Shown here: one piece after another, positions 12,013-24,265 of the stretch
Layout of the letters: each line of letters starts with the position of its first letter
Numbering within the stretch: the first letter of the stretch is position 1
The notes under the pieces: model-generated
Database searches by the model: none
The model's input: only the letters and a program-made list of their open reading frames with translations
What the model was told of the DNA's origin: nothing
Assembly (NCBI GenBank): GCA_950097015.1
Contig: CATNEN010000001.1
Coordinates: 992,001-1,056,000, forward strand
Direction of reading: 5' to 3'
DNA length: 64,000 nt
Source: Macrostomum hystrix
Lineage: Eukaryota; Animalia; Platyhelminthes
Made by a program: the position numbers and the translations under genes

Positions 12013-13377
12013 TTAACTTGCGACATCGTCTTTAAGGTCGGCGGTCAGAACCAATTCTGCTGCGGCATCGGCATCTCCTTGCGGCACAGTCACATCAGAT
12101 AGCTGTTGAACCGAATCGTTGTTGACATCAGCAATGATGATCTCCATTGCGACATCAAACATATCATCGATGTGACTTGCTTCGGAATGGGCAGCGAAAT
12201 CCGATCCAGCAGCAGCAGCAACACAATCCGTATTGGTAGACAGAACTTGCATAGCGGCAGGTTGCATCAAGTCGAGCAGAATCTGCGCCATTTCAATGTC
12301 ATCACCGTGACCGGATGATGTACCAATACACACTGACTGCGTGCTGACATTGGATTCGATTGAAACATCGGTCACACTGTTTTGTGCACTGACACCAACT
12401 GTCGCTGTTGTTACTCTGGGCGCACAGACAGGAATAAAAACAGGTAGCGGCACCGGAACGAAATACGGCACGTCGACAGTTGGAATCGGCAACATAGGCA
12501 TCGCTGGTGATCCGATCGGCTCAATTTGCAAAATTGGCATTGATGGCGATGGTACTGGCGAGTGATCCGATTGGATTGTTTCTGCTGCTGCTTCAATCGC
12601 ATTGTGATTAAGCGGAGTAGATGTACAAATTGGATGCCGTACTGATCCAATTGACACGCTGTCCGCTTGGCTCACATGTTCAGCAGGCTCGTCAGTACTT
12701 GTTGCATAGATGATGCCTGATTCAGCTGCGCTATCTTCTATGATGATAGTTTCTGCTGGCTGCTCTGCTGCTGACTGCTCTGCTGATGGCTGCTCTGCTG
12801 CTGGCTGCTCTGCTGCTGGCTGCTCTGCTACTGGCTGCTCTGCTACTGGCTGCTCTGCTGCTAGCTGCTCTGCTACTGGCTGCTCTGCTACTGGCTGCTC
12901 TGCTGCTGGCAGTCGACGGGCAATGTAGCGCTCGTGCATATAGTCGACAATCTCGCCGACCACAGCTGGTAGTGGATCCAGTTGTTCAAGCTGGACCACT
13001 TCGCCCATTGCCGCTGCTCCCGCCACTGCCACTGGCTGAGCTGGTTGGCCACCGACGCGACGCTGCGGATTCCGCTTACATCTATATTGATAATGCAACA
13101 TGTTGGACGTTATTTTGTTGCAATGCGGACACGCTAGCACACGTCCACCGGCAGCGACATCTACACCAGCCCGCTGTAGTTGCAGCATCTTCCAGACGGC
13201 ACTTCCACGCTCCTTAACCGACGCGAATAGCGATGGCCTTTGACCAACAGGTAGGACTGTCCAATCAAACTCGGCATGGACAGCTTTATGCGCCTCTATA
13301 AAATGTCTTCGCATCATACTGGCGCTGATTTGCTGGCCGCAGAAATGGCAGAAGCGGAGTCCGTTATTGTTTTCCAT
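12013..13377 (-). CDS. Zinc-finger protein (ZF-A) copy with a premature stop ~50 aa before the normal end
   Basis: CHFC...RRHFIEAH and CPHC...H...C motifs, EQPAA repeats; the rest of the gene continues to ~11850, as in 46802-48349. Confidence 0.7.
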   Translation of the reverse strand: MENNNGLRFCHFCGQQISASMMRRHFIEAHKAVHAEFDWTVLPVGQRPSLFASVKERGSAVWKMLQLQRAGVDVAAGGRVLACPHCNKITSNMLHYQYRCKRNPQRRVGGQPAQPVAVAGAAAMGEVVQLEQLDPLPAVVGEIVDYMHERYIARRLPAAEQPVAEQPVAEQLAAEQPVAEQPVAEQPAAEQPAAEQPSAEQSAAEQPAETIIIEDSAAESGIIYATSTDEPAEHVSQADSVSIGSVRHPICTSTPLNHNAIEAAAETIQSDHSPVPSPSMPILQIEPIGSPAMPMLPIPTVDVPYFVPVPLPVFIPVCAPRVTTATVGVSAQNSVTDVSIESNVSTQSVCIGTSSGHGDDIEMAQILLDLMQPAAMQVLSTNTDCVAAAAGSDFAAHSEASHIDDMFDVAMEIIIADVNNDSVQQLSDVTVPQGDADAAAELVLTADLKDDVAS

Positions 13378-13574
13378 TGCAGCTTGTATAGTAGATCGCT
13401 GGCTAGCTTGCTGCATAATCGACAGAGTGATCGTTGTGGCTGACTTTTAATTATCGATTTGCGTGCGCGCGCGCATATATTTACCAAGCACTGCTCATAT
13501 CCTGTACAGAGCAGCAGTCAGACACATAGACATAGACAGACATCGTCAACTGGGTCTAAGCTATTTCCATATAT

Positions 13575-15250
13575 CAGTATTTTCGCGAAAATACTGATAT
13601 GCTCTAAACAAAGGTAAGAGCAGTATTTTTGCAAAAGTTTTTGAAGTAGTGTGCATGGCTACATCTTATGGTATTTTCGCGAAAATACTGATATGCTATT
13701 AAACAAAGGTAGTTAGCGGTATTTTTGCAAAAGTTCTTGAAGTAGTGTGCATGGCTACATCTTATGGTATTTTCGCGAAAATACTGATATTGTTGTACCG
13801 GTCGTCCTGCTAACAATGCGGGATCCGGCGAACTCCAATATGAAGTCCAAGAATACTAGGTAGTGTAGTAGTAGGGCTGCCACCAGGGCGTCAGGACTTC
13901 TGCCTTCGGTGAGGTGAAGGATCCTTGGCCCGAAAGAGATAAAGTCACGAAGTCTCGAGAAGCACACAGTGCAGAGTTTCAGTTGCAATTACAGGCCGTC
14001 AGTGTCCTGCGTAGCTCGGATGGTGGGGTGGAAGGCTAAGTTAGTTTCGGGACTTAGCCAGAACTGAGCTTACGTGCAGTCACATGCAGAGACTGAAGTA
14101 GGAAACTTAGACACTCGATGGCACTGACAATAGAGACTGAAATAAGTCAGAGAAAACGTTAATGACAGAAAGTGGAAGGGTTGAGCCGGGAGAAAGGGAT
14201 GAGGACCAGAGGAGCGGGGAGCTTTCTTTTATAGGCAGGGGCCTCCCATAGGGTCAGTGCAGAGTTAGAAAACACGTGATTGAATCACGTGGTTTCTAAA
14301 AATAGCAACTGACGTCAGTGGCGCCAGAAACGTCACTCCTACGTAGGTTCCTGTCCCATAATCAAAGCCCCAAGTGCAGTAAACATGTTTACTTGCACTT
14401 TAAAAGACAAAGAGAGAGGCCAGTCGCATGAGGAGAATCACGCGCTGACTGAGTGCAGACAACCACACACAAAGAAAAGGACAAGGGACAAAAAAGCCAG
14501 CGCGGGACAAAGAGGTGATGACTCATCCCTGGGGGGAAGAGACAGCACACTCAAAGTACAGGCGCGGCCGGGGAAGGGAGGGGCAGAGAGGGACAGACCA
14601 GACAACGCCAGAGAGGGCGGGCCGGGCAGCCACTCAATGCTAGCAAAAAGAGGGCACCTAAGCTACCTTGCAGGTGGGGCTACTGACAGCTAGTGAGACA
14701 CCAATAGGCCCCTAAGCAGTGGCTCACTACAATATGCTATTAAACAAAGGTAGTTGGCGGTATTTTTGCTAAAGTTATTGAAGTAGTGTGCGTGGCTACA
14801 TCTTATGGTATTTTCGCGAAAATACTGCTATGCTATTAATCAAAGGTAGTTGGCGGTATTTTGCAAAAGTTCTTAAAGTACTGTGCATGGCTACATCTTA
14901 TGGTATTTTCGCGAATGCAGATACGTATTCTCAGACAAAGTGACTTGTACTTTTTTACCATCGACAAATTTAGTATATTTCTGCTAATTGCCAAGAGTCA
15001 TGTATGTATTTTTTTCGCGAAAAGACTATAACGTTACTATGATGAATATATTTTTGCAAAAATGCTATGTTCTCAAAACGAAGGTAAGAGCAGTATTTTT
15101 GCAAAACGTCTTAAAGTGTGCACATGGATACATCTTATGGTATTTTCGCGAAAATACTGCTATGCTATTAAACAAAGGTAGTTGGCGGTATTTTTGCAAA
15201 AGTTCTTAAAGTAGTGTGCATGACTAGATATTATGGTATTTTCGCGAATG
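13575..15250. repeat. ~100-bp palindromic repeat array interrupted by the solo LTR
   Basis: Repeated GTATTTTCGCGAAAATAC / TTTTGCAAAA units either side of 13791-14731. Confidence 0.8.
13791..14731. mobile_element. Solo LTR (941 bp) inserted in the 100-bp array
   Basis: TGTTGT...ACTACA termini; 4-bp TSD ATAT (13787-13790, 14732-14735); removing it restores the repeat unit AAAATACTGATATGCTATT. Confidence 0.85.
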
Positions 15251-15663
15251 CAGATACGTATTCTCAGACAAAGTGACTTGTACTTTTTTACCATCGACAA
15301 ATTTAGTATATTTCTGCTAATTGTCAATAATCACGAATGATTTTTTTCGTGAAAATACAATATATACTGTGTATCTGCGGCTTTTAAGAAAACGAGAATA
15401 GTTTAATCTTAGTTTAATCAGATGATAATCAAATGATTTCATTTGTAAATTAATTTATTTACTAACGAAATAATCACAGTGTTGACAATCATTAGCATCT
15501 TAACAATATAAAAGAGAGCAACAAACAGAACATATGAGATTCTCGGTTGTAAAGGGACGGGTATTAGTGGGGGTATCACAATTGACACAATTGATAATAG
15601 TTTGGCAAATCAGACAATCAGCACATAAAAAGTCAGGTGACACGACTGGGACAATCTGAGCAT

Positions 15664-17520
15664 TCAGATGTCCAGTCTAGTTCTCGAACTGATCAGGCGC
15701 CCAGATCGCGTCCTGTATGCCGTTCGTCGAACCATGAGTAGCTCAGAATCCGAGCTGGTCTCATTGTCATTGCTGACGTGCTGTTGTTCACCATCATCAC
15801 CTTCTTCGTCGATATCGTCGCGAACGTTGCCTTGTCCAGCCGATGCTCCAAACATCGGCGGTTGACTAAGACTGCGTCGTCTAGACGATGTAGACGAAAT
15901 AGGCGATGGTGTTGCTGAATCGATGGCCGGCTTTGTCGACTCGGTGTTGTCCGTTGTTGAACATCTAGGACTAACCGTAGCGGGTCGCATTGTCGACATT
16001 CGAGGTCGCTTCTTGTCAGACATGGCCTGACATGGATGTTGCACTCGGCGAAGTATGGCAATAGAAAGTTGTCTATCCATTGCAGTAGACATTCGCCGAC
16101 TTTGCGTGGCGCAGTCCAGCTTGCACCTTTACCACGACCGCCCTTTTTGTGTGCCACTTCGGTAGGCGGCAGGACTGTGACAATGGTGGAGGACGTTGAT
16201 ACGCCGCTATTGAGTGCAGCATCCAAATAGCAACGCCGAATCGCGACCCATGGACGTAGTCGGTTGGCATGTACAATTGCTGCACAGAAGAAGGCCAGTT
16301 CACGAGTGATCGGCATAATAAATGTATTCCATTTGCCGACGACGTTGGCCATTCGACGTGCACATTGTCCAATGCGACCCCAGTAGCCCTTCACGGGTAG
16401 ATGAGACCACGAATGTTTGGCGACCATATCAATCAGGCAGTCTAGCCGGCCGTGAATGATGCGCCATTCGTCAGCGGTCAGGAACTTATCCGTGTAGGAC
16501 AGCTGGCGTTCGTCATCGCGCAGGTGATAAATATTCTCTTGCCGCTGACGAATCAATCCAATGCAAGCCTGTACATGTTAAAGGGTTATGAAAGAGAAAG
16601 TACATGCAGTAGCTTCTACAATTGTTCATAATATATCAACTAACATAGTATACAATATGCGACACAACAACACTGCTCACCATGATTGATTCGATGCGGC
16701 TAGTTAACAGACCAGATACTGCAGTCTGATGATAGAGAATACCATCTTTGCGCGGGTCAGGACAGGCAGGCAATTCTGACGCGGCCTTGACAATGTCGGC
16801 ATGCACGTTGGCAAACAATCCATCTGGTGGCGAGGTCAATTGGAACGCGTTCATAACACTAGGAGCACCGAAGTCGTTGTTGGCTGCTAGAAACTTCTTC
16901 GCACCGCTCAATATGTTATGAAGCTCGTTCATTCGTTGTCCAACAGTCGATTGTTTCCAGATATGGCGCTTCACCATCTCGTCCAAATCGAATTGGATGC
17001 GCGCTGGATTGATGAACCACATCTCGACTGTGACATTGATTGCGTGTAGGAGACGACTAGTTGTAGCATGATAGTTTCGCTGGATTGCTTTCCTACGGCT
17101 AACATGCGATGCGTTCTCTTCTACACAGCAATGACCCTTGAACCAGATGTCGCCGACATTGTCTAGTTGCTTGTACATGTGTTCAGATGCAACGTGGTAG
17201 TCTGGGCCGTCGAAAACAACAAGCCGAGACTTCTTGTGCCTCCGTTGCAATACAAGCTCCTCTTTGGCCGATCGCTCGTCGTCACTGACAGAATCATCAG
17301 TATTTTCCACGTCAGATTTAGAGGTCTGAGTCTCTGCTTGTCGCTGACTGACAGCATTGGTGACTCCGACCGGAACATAGTCTGACGTATAATGGAGGAT
17401 TGCTTCTGTCAGATTGACCAGATTCTGCAAGCTAGTACACATGCGCGGATGCTCAGCGTTGTGGGCTTTCTGCAGAATCTCGTTGAGGCCGGCCGCATTC
17501 AGACGCAGTCCATTGATAAA
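15664..17520 (-). pseudogene. Defective tyrosine recombinase YR-A: exon 1 missing and ~500-bp deletion at ~16020 removing the catalytic C-terminal motifs
   Basis: Near-identical to 49897-52260 except that ~50252-50750 is absent. Confidence 0.85.
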
Positions 17521-17702
17521 TTCTGTTTGACATGAATGTTATAAATATTTGTTGATTATTTTACTATATTTCTTTATATGTAAATTTAAAAATATAAAGG
17601 CATGTACAACATATTTTCCTCGCTCGCACTCAGTCTCTCTATTGAAATTGCAATAGTGGCAATTCAGCCCGGCTGTGTAGTCTATGGTTTTTTATGTAGC
17701 GA

Positions 17703-18007
17703 TTCTTATGCAGCAAAAGAGCCCGGCCGAGTCCCCTATGCTTTCTTATGCAGCAAAAGAGCCCGGCCGAGTCCCCTATGCTTTCTTATGCAGCAAAAGA
17801 GCCCGGCCGAGTCCCCTATATGCTTTCTTATGCAGCAAAAGAGCCCGACTCAATCCTTAATGCTTTCTTATGCAGCAAAAGAGCCCGACTCAATCCTTAA
17901 TGCTTTCTTATGCAGCAAAAGAGCCCGACTCAATCCTTAATGCTTTCTTATGCAGCAAAAGAGCCCGACTCAATCCTTAATGCTTTCTTATGCAGCAAAA
18001 GAGCCCG
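17703..18007. repeat. 40-bp tandem repeat, 8 cores, two subtypes
   Basis: TTCTTATGCAGCAAAAGAGCCCG followed by GCCGAGTCCCCTA (x3) or ACTCAATCCTTAA (x4). Confidence 0.9.
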
Positions 18008-18383
18008 CGACCCGCTTTGCTATAATTCTAAATTGATGACTACTGATAGAAATTGTTGCCGTGTTAGGTGCGAGATCGGTTGGCTGATTGAATACATATA
18101 CCAGTCATGATAATTTTGTTTCAAATGGCGCAGTTGTGACAGCAGCGGAATGCAGTTCGAACATTCTATGAAATGAGTTTCTTGCAGGGTATTATCTTAC
18201 GTTACATGATGACTGCAGCCCCATGCCACTGCCCGCACCTGAGTTAGGGACCCATTTCGCACTGTGATGATCGATCGAAATTTTTCCAATATACTGTGGG
18301 ATATATAGTGACTATAGCGGTATTAGCTAGTGTTAGACGCGTTGCTGCTGCACTCACGACATTGTTGGGTGCGTAGAACCACG

Positions 18384-18803
18384 ATGAATGCTCATCCTGT
18401 GGCGCTGTTCGGCTCGCCGGCCATCGTGGCACTCCTGGCCAGATGCGACATCGCCTGCCTGGCCCCGTTCCTGGCGCACCGAGGACGACTGGAGCAGCTG
18501 ACCTGCCTGCAGCGCCACTGCCCGAATGCTGAGCTGAATGCCACCCAGCTACACACCTTGCTGAAGAGCCTCCTGGACTGGCTGCTACAACACCAGACAG
18601 CTGCGGGCTACGAGACTATCCTGGAGGTGACCTGCCTAACAGAGAACGAGGCTTTCGACTTGGCCGAGCTGCTAGGCCTGCTGGAGGACACCTGTTCGGA
18701 GCTGCAGCACATTCTACACGGGCTGGACTACTGGCGCGGCGTGCAGCAAAGGGCAAGACTGCGAGAGTTGTTCCGGAGTCGCGAATATCGAATGGAGCAG
18801 TAG
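18384..18803 (+). CDS. ORF C family homolog, lineage B (139 aa)
   Basis: Aligns by eye along its length with the 6480-6860 protein. Confidence 0.75.
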   Translation: MNAHPVALFGSPAIVALLARCDIACLAPFLAHRGRLEQLTCLQRHCPNAELNATQLHTLLKSLLDWLLQHQTAAGYETILEVTCLTENEAFDLAELLGLLEDTCSELQHILHGLDYWRGVQQRARLRELFRSREYRMEQ

Positions 18804-18957
18804 CAGCAGCAAAAAGACTTAGCTACTAGACAGTTAAAATAACTTATCCCTGTTTGTGAACCCAAACCAAGTCTGCACCAATAAAAGAACTAAGGTGGCA
18901 GATCCAACTCGATACCGGTAAGTTTATTTTGGATAACCTAAAAATAGACCGTATAAG

Positions 18958-19095
18958 AGTACAGTTCGTGGTGCGCGCACAATCCCTAAGAAATATATAT
19001 ACAAGACGATTCGATTAGAGCTGCTTATCTACCTAAGAATAGCAGGCAAGTCCTTATATATTTTTAAGTAATGTGCGCGCACTATGAACTGTACT
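18958..19095. repeat. Inverted-repeat site B1 (putative protein-binding/origin site)
   Basis: GTACAGTTCGTGGTGCGCGCACAATCCCTAAGAAATATATA ... TATATATTTTTAAGTAATGTGCGCGCACTATGAACTGTAC. Confidence 0.9.
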
Positions 19096-19190
19096 TCTAG
19101 CTAAAAGTACACAATCAACTTAACCGGGATCCGAATTAACCTAATTAAGCACCTATTAATAGAATCTGAGTCGATCAGTTTAAAACTATA

Positions 19191-19228
19191 AGATCAATAT
19201 GCGCGCACATGTGCGCGCATATTGATCT
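19191..19228. repeat. Perfect 38-bp palindrome 1
   Basis: AGATCAATATGCGCGCACATGTGCGCGCATATTGATCT. Confidence 0.95.
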
Positions 19229-19447
19229 ACTAGAAGTAGTAGTAACACTGGTACTATCTGCTGCTCATCCTAAATAGCCTGCTCCTCCTCCTTGGGACGT
19301 ACTTGGGACTCTATTATTAATAGCGAATCCCACCCTGTTGCACCCAGTTGAAGTTGAGTACCTGGGACTGCGTTGGCTTTCTGCAGCCTGCTCATTTTCA
19401 TACATCCAAATTTGAACGCGCCTATAATTAACCTGCGGAAGCACAGA

Positions 19448-22240
19448 ATGTCGTTCAACTTTTCAACCGGCTGCGACAGCGACGATGAGCGAATTGCGGC
19501 CGCGCTGGACGAGTTTGAGAGAGTTGCCCAAGATAGTAACTCCGCCGGGCCGGTAGCGTCATCAACTCGCCAGCCACCATCACAGCGAAAAAGAAAGAGC
19601 GCTCCCTCTCAACGTCGGATTGTCAATGCAGCAGCCGCAGAATCTACGCCAGGCCCAAAGCGTATATATACTTTCACCCCAGTGCAGACAGCAGCGGTGG
19701 CTAACATCAGCAGCGACGCCGACGACTTCAGCCTGCTGCCATTGAGCGGTGTCATGCGCCTAAACACTGGAGAGCAGCAGCCTGCCAGTGACCAGATGTC
19801 CACAGGCAATCAGCAGCCACCGCCTGCCAGTATATCGGCCGTCTACGCGCCCATCTCCCACGCGATGGCAGCCTCAGCCTCGACTGCGCCAAAAGGGAGC
19901 ATGCTGGCTTGGCTCGGAGATCAGCACCGGAGTGCCAAGAAGGCCACCAGCAGATGGTCATCGCCGGCAGCGATCAGGCACGTCAGGCGACATGCTCCTG
20001 CCAACTGCGGCGATGGCGACGGGGCGGCGTCTGATGCGCCCGACATGTCCACGGCAGCCCTACAGCCTCGCAGCCCCGTCGTCATCGAGATTGAGGACGT
20101 CGACGACGAGCGCGCCGATAACGGCAGGCCGACAGCGGCAACTCGCACAAAGGCGGAGCCATCGGAGCCTAACGAGCAGGAGGCGGCGATGGATAGCGAC
20201 GACCGCGATGCTCTGCAGGCACTGCTGGACTACGAGGCGTCCACCGTTGCGCTGTCAGTCGCTGCAGATCCCCCACCGTCGGGCGCTGATGCGGAAATGG
20301 AGGAGGCCGCCAGCACGGTGCCGAAACCGCCTCAAGTCGCGGCCGACCAACAACAGCAGCCAGGGAGGCGGAGATTCCGTTTCCAGCGGCTCGAAACGAC
20401 TGCTCCCGCTGTTGCTGCTGCTGCCGACTGCTCCATTGTGGGCGCCATGGTGCCAGACTCGCAGCCCGATGGCCGACGATTAGCAGTCGCCAAGACCACA
20501 CCGTCTCAGCGTCCGGAAGATGAGACGACGGCCTACGTGGTGTCGCCTGGCACAGCGGCATTCGCAGCAGCCGTGGTGGCCGCTATGAATGAGGCCAGCC
20601 AGTCCGTCCCTGTCGGCGAGGAGTGGTGGCGCATATTAACACCACAGCCGCTGCAGCAACAAGAGCAGGTGCAGCTCGAGCGTCCTCCCTCGCTGGTGCC
20701 CTTCAGCTACAGTCCGCCGGCGTCTGCGGCACAGCTTATTCACTTCCTCCAGCAACAGCAGGGGGACAGCGAGGCGAGCGGGAGCGGGGTCGGCGGCGCC
20801 AGAGGACAACGAGGCGGCCGAGGGGTGCGACGGCTGGGCCAAAATCCGCTGCTTAATGCGGCAGCAGCACAGCAGCAGTTCACTGTGACGCGCTCAGTCA
20901 GCCGGCCGCTCGCAATGACCGGTGCTGCTCCTGCGGAGCGACTGCCCGAGGACAGCGGCATTCTGACCGGGCGCCGCTATTTGCACGTCTTCCACATCGA
21001 CAAGGTGCGCTTCGTCGGTGAGTCACTTGCTTTGTTCATAAGCTCTGAATCATATAACCAGCTGCTGGCATCCACTGTTTCCATGCTGCCTACATAAACA
21101 GGTCGTGCCAAAGTATATCTGGGCGAGGCTCTGGAGGCACACTGTGTCGAGCTCGTCCTGGCGTCCAGCCCGGGCCTCTGCGTCGGCATGGATGAGTTCT
21201 GCGACCGGCGGCTAGTCGCTGACCCGCTCTCCGTCGACGAGATGGAGCAACAGCAGCAGCAGCAGCAGCACAGCGAGTATCGGCCACACCGCACTCTGTC
21301 CGGCTTCGTGCGCCTGGAGACCAACGCGGCCGGCTGGCATTTGTACGAGCTGCTGTTCAGCCTGCTGCCTAGCCGAGACGAGGGACGCTGCTTTGTGGTG
21401 CCCGACCGGACCACCCTGACGCTGTGCGGCGTCCGCTCGCCAGACAGTGTGCTGCGGAGCCTGACGCAGCACGACGGCTACCCGCTGCTGATCGGGATCG
21501 GCGCCACGCAGTGCAGCATGCTGGTGCAAGCGACTCGGTGGGCGCTGTCCTACCCGCTGACTGCCAACCTGCCCGACCAGACTGACGGCTTCTTGTTGGC
21601 CCACCAGCAGATGCGCGCCACGTTGCTGGGGGTCTTTAGAGACGTGCAGCGCCAGCGCCGGATTCGCAGGGAGCAGCTCGCCGGCTGTTCCGCATGTTCC
21701 ACCGAGGCTGCCGACATTAGGAACCTGTGCCCGCTCCGAGAGGCCGTCTGCACAGCCCTTCGCCACCAGTCGGGCGTTGTGTACCTTTACGGGCCGTCGG
21801 GAGTCGGCAAGACCACCGCCGTCGAGCGCCACCTGGGCCAGGAGCGCGTCTTCTGTCCGGACATCAAGCGCTTCGGTGGCAATGACTTCATGTTCGACGG
21901 CCTGGACACCGCGCGCCACTCCGTCATCTTTCTGGACGAGGTGCGGCCGCACATGTTCGAGGGCGGCGACCTGGAGACCACGCTGTTGCGCCTGCTGAAC
22001 GGCAACAGCTTCCTGGTCAATGCGAAGCACCAGGCGCACGTCTACCTGGACTGGGGCCAACGGCTGGTGATCATGGCCGGCCACGCCTCACCTGACGACT
22101 ACCCGGCTGACGTGCAGCGGCGCCTGCGCAACGAGGGCAACACGTGCGTCGAGGTCGACCACGACATCGAGGCCTGCCAGGGGGGGTGCCGCCAGCAGCC
22201 AATGTTCGGAGCCGCCGCCGCCAACGCCCAGGTTGAATGA
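19448..22240 (+). CDS. Rep-B: disordered N-terminus, degenerate HUH-like domain, SF3 helicase (exons 19448-21017, 21102-22240; ~902 aa)
   Basis: GTGAGT...AAACAG intron joins two ORFs in frame; GPSGVGKT, IFLDE, LLRLLNG..F.VNAK, QRRL; aligns with Rep-A across the splice. Confidence 0.8.
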
Positions 22241-23719
22241 GGCCGCCTTTATATGTCTGTCTGTCTGTCTGTCTATTGCTAAATTATTTCATCCCTGCGC
22301 CCGTATTTTGTCTCCACCACCATCTTAAAGCGGGTTAGCAGATGTGGGCAGGCAGAAATAGCTAGACGGCCAAAATATTACATAACAAAATATTAGTCCT
22401 TATTGGGCTAAATAAGGAATGGCTTTTGGGTTCGGCTGTTTAACAGCACCATATATTATAATCTATACCTGGCACGCAGTTGCAGAAAACGGGGTAGCAG
22501 AAATGTGCGCGGACTATAGCAATTTATAAAGCATTAGATGGGATTAGTTTAATTGAATTAAATAGCGCGCAGTGTTTTCCTAGTGTTTTTGTTGCTCGTC
22601 AGTCTAGATGTGCTAAGAGATGGAGATGGCATTTATTACTTGTTCTCAGGATCGCTTCTCGCTCTTATCTGATTGCTTTTATTTTGAGTTCTATTATTTC
22701 AGAGTCAATATTTTCATTTAGCATATGTCGCAGGCTGTCGACAATTTCAATTGTCCCCATTTTATTGCCGTTCTACTTTTTCTGTACCGGCTCCATTAAA
22801 CTTTTTAATCCCTCACCGCCAACAAATAGTTGTTGTTGTTGTTGCTGTTGCTGCTCTCCAACAAGTTAGATAGATGGGCAGCTAGAATAATTAACAATGA
22901 TTGCCTACCTTGTGGAGCGCAGATAAAAATCACTTTAAACGCAGTCGTCGTCGTTGGGGTCGCAGCTGGAGCGGAGCAATCGGAACAGTGTAGGGGGCAG
23001 TTGAAACGAAATAGTAGATCACGAAGGAGCTGATTTGGTTGATTAATAGAGTTGGTATTGAAAATCAAAGTGTAGCTTGGGAACGATCGAGTCTGTCTTA
23101 ATCGATTGGCATAGAGAAATCAATCAGTGCGCGAGCTAGCTCTCTTTGACTTGTGTGCTCAAGATGAGCAATACAGTCCTTCCTGATAAAATTTAGTTTC
23201 TATGTGCCTAAGCTTTGTCTATGTCTTGAGTTTATCGCATTCCTTTATTAATAGTAGTCTAAAAATAATTTTACACACACGCAGTTGTTATGTGCTTATT
23301 TGGGCGCTATTTGTGTTATTATAATTTATAATAATTGAGCTATAATAATTTGAGCAAGTATACTAGTATATGGTATGAAAAGCTGACTGCATGCATTAAT
23401 GTGTGAATAAAGGACATAAATCAAGAAAAAGCATTCGATCAAGAACTACATGTAGACGGTACGTATGGATTTGAAAAAAACTAATTTAAGATGATAATCA
23501 ACAAGCGGCATCTGAAACAACAATCTATTAAAATACATGTAGTAATGATGTGTGCATTAAAATACAATTTGGATGGACGCAAAAAGCTATACATATAATA
23601 TAGTAGTACGATTTAATAACGGCAATTAACAGCTGCATATAGTGCTACTCAGTTATTTATAGATTTTATATAAGAAACTAAAATTTCAAATTCGCGCTAA
23701 ATTCTACGAAATTCAAGGT

Positions 23720-23836
23720 GTACAGTCTGTAGTGCGCGCACATTCCCTAAAAAATATATAAGGCATGTCAGCTCTAATTTTAGAACGACGATCCTTATAT
23801 ATTTTTTAAGTATTGTACGCGCACTATGAACTGTAC
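23720..23836. repeat. Inverted-repeat site B2
   Basis: Arms homologous to site B1, different spacer. Confidence 0.9.
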
Positions 23837-24039
23837 CTAAATCTAAAATTAAATTGCTTACTTGACTACTATAAGTAGAGCAGTTAGCAGCATTTGTTTA
23901 ATAATTGTCAGATAAATCTATGGCTAATTAATTCTATCAACAAAAACAATAAAGTATAATATTATCAACGGGAGTAATCAGTCAATCAATACAATCAATA
24001 TTCTTAACTATAGCATATAATATCAATTATAATAACATT

Positions 24040-24077
24040 AGCGTATAAAGCGCGCACATGTGCGCGCTTTATACGCT
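24040..24077. repeat. Perfect 38-bp palindrome 2
   Basis: AGCGTATAAAGCGCGCACATGTGCGCGCTTTATACGCT. Confidence 0.95.
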
Positions 24078-24265
24078 GCAGTAACATGCAGTCAAACGAA
24101 TTCAATTATCCCTCCCTCGAAGGCCTGTGCATGTTTTCTCTGCGTGTTTTCTCTCTGTCCCGGCCCCCTTTATCTGCCCCACGGTGTTTTTCACTCACTA
24201 TTTAAATATTTTATATAAAATCTTAAATAAAGCAGGCAGACAGACAGGCGGGCAGGCAGGGCGAA

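Larger units (their letters stand above)
8150..17527. mobile_element. Lineage A rearranged copy 2 (palindrome, tRNA-like unit, ORF D, hairpin, zinc-finger gene, array with solo LTR, deleted recombinase)
   Basis: Blocks match 35030-37290 and 45000-52265; boundaries approximate. Confidence 0.75.

Noticed and set aside
21212-22084. Antisense and alternative-frame ORFs over Rep-B, YR-B, ZF-A and the acidic protein
   Set aside because: Shadows of GC-rich or repetitive coding sequence with no independent motifs
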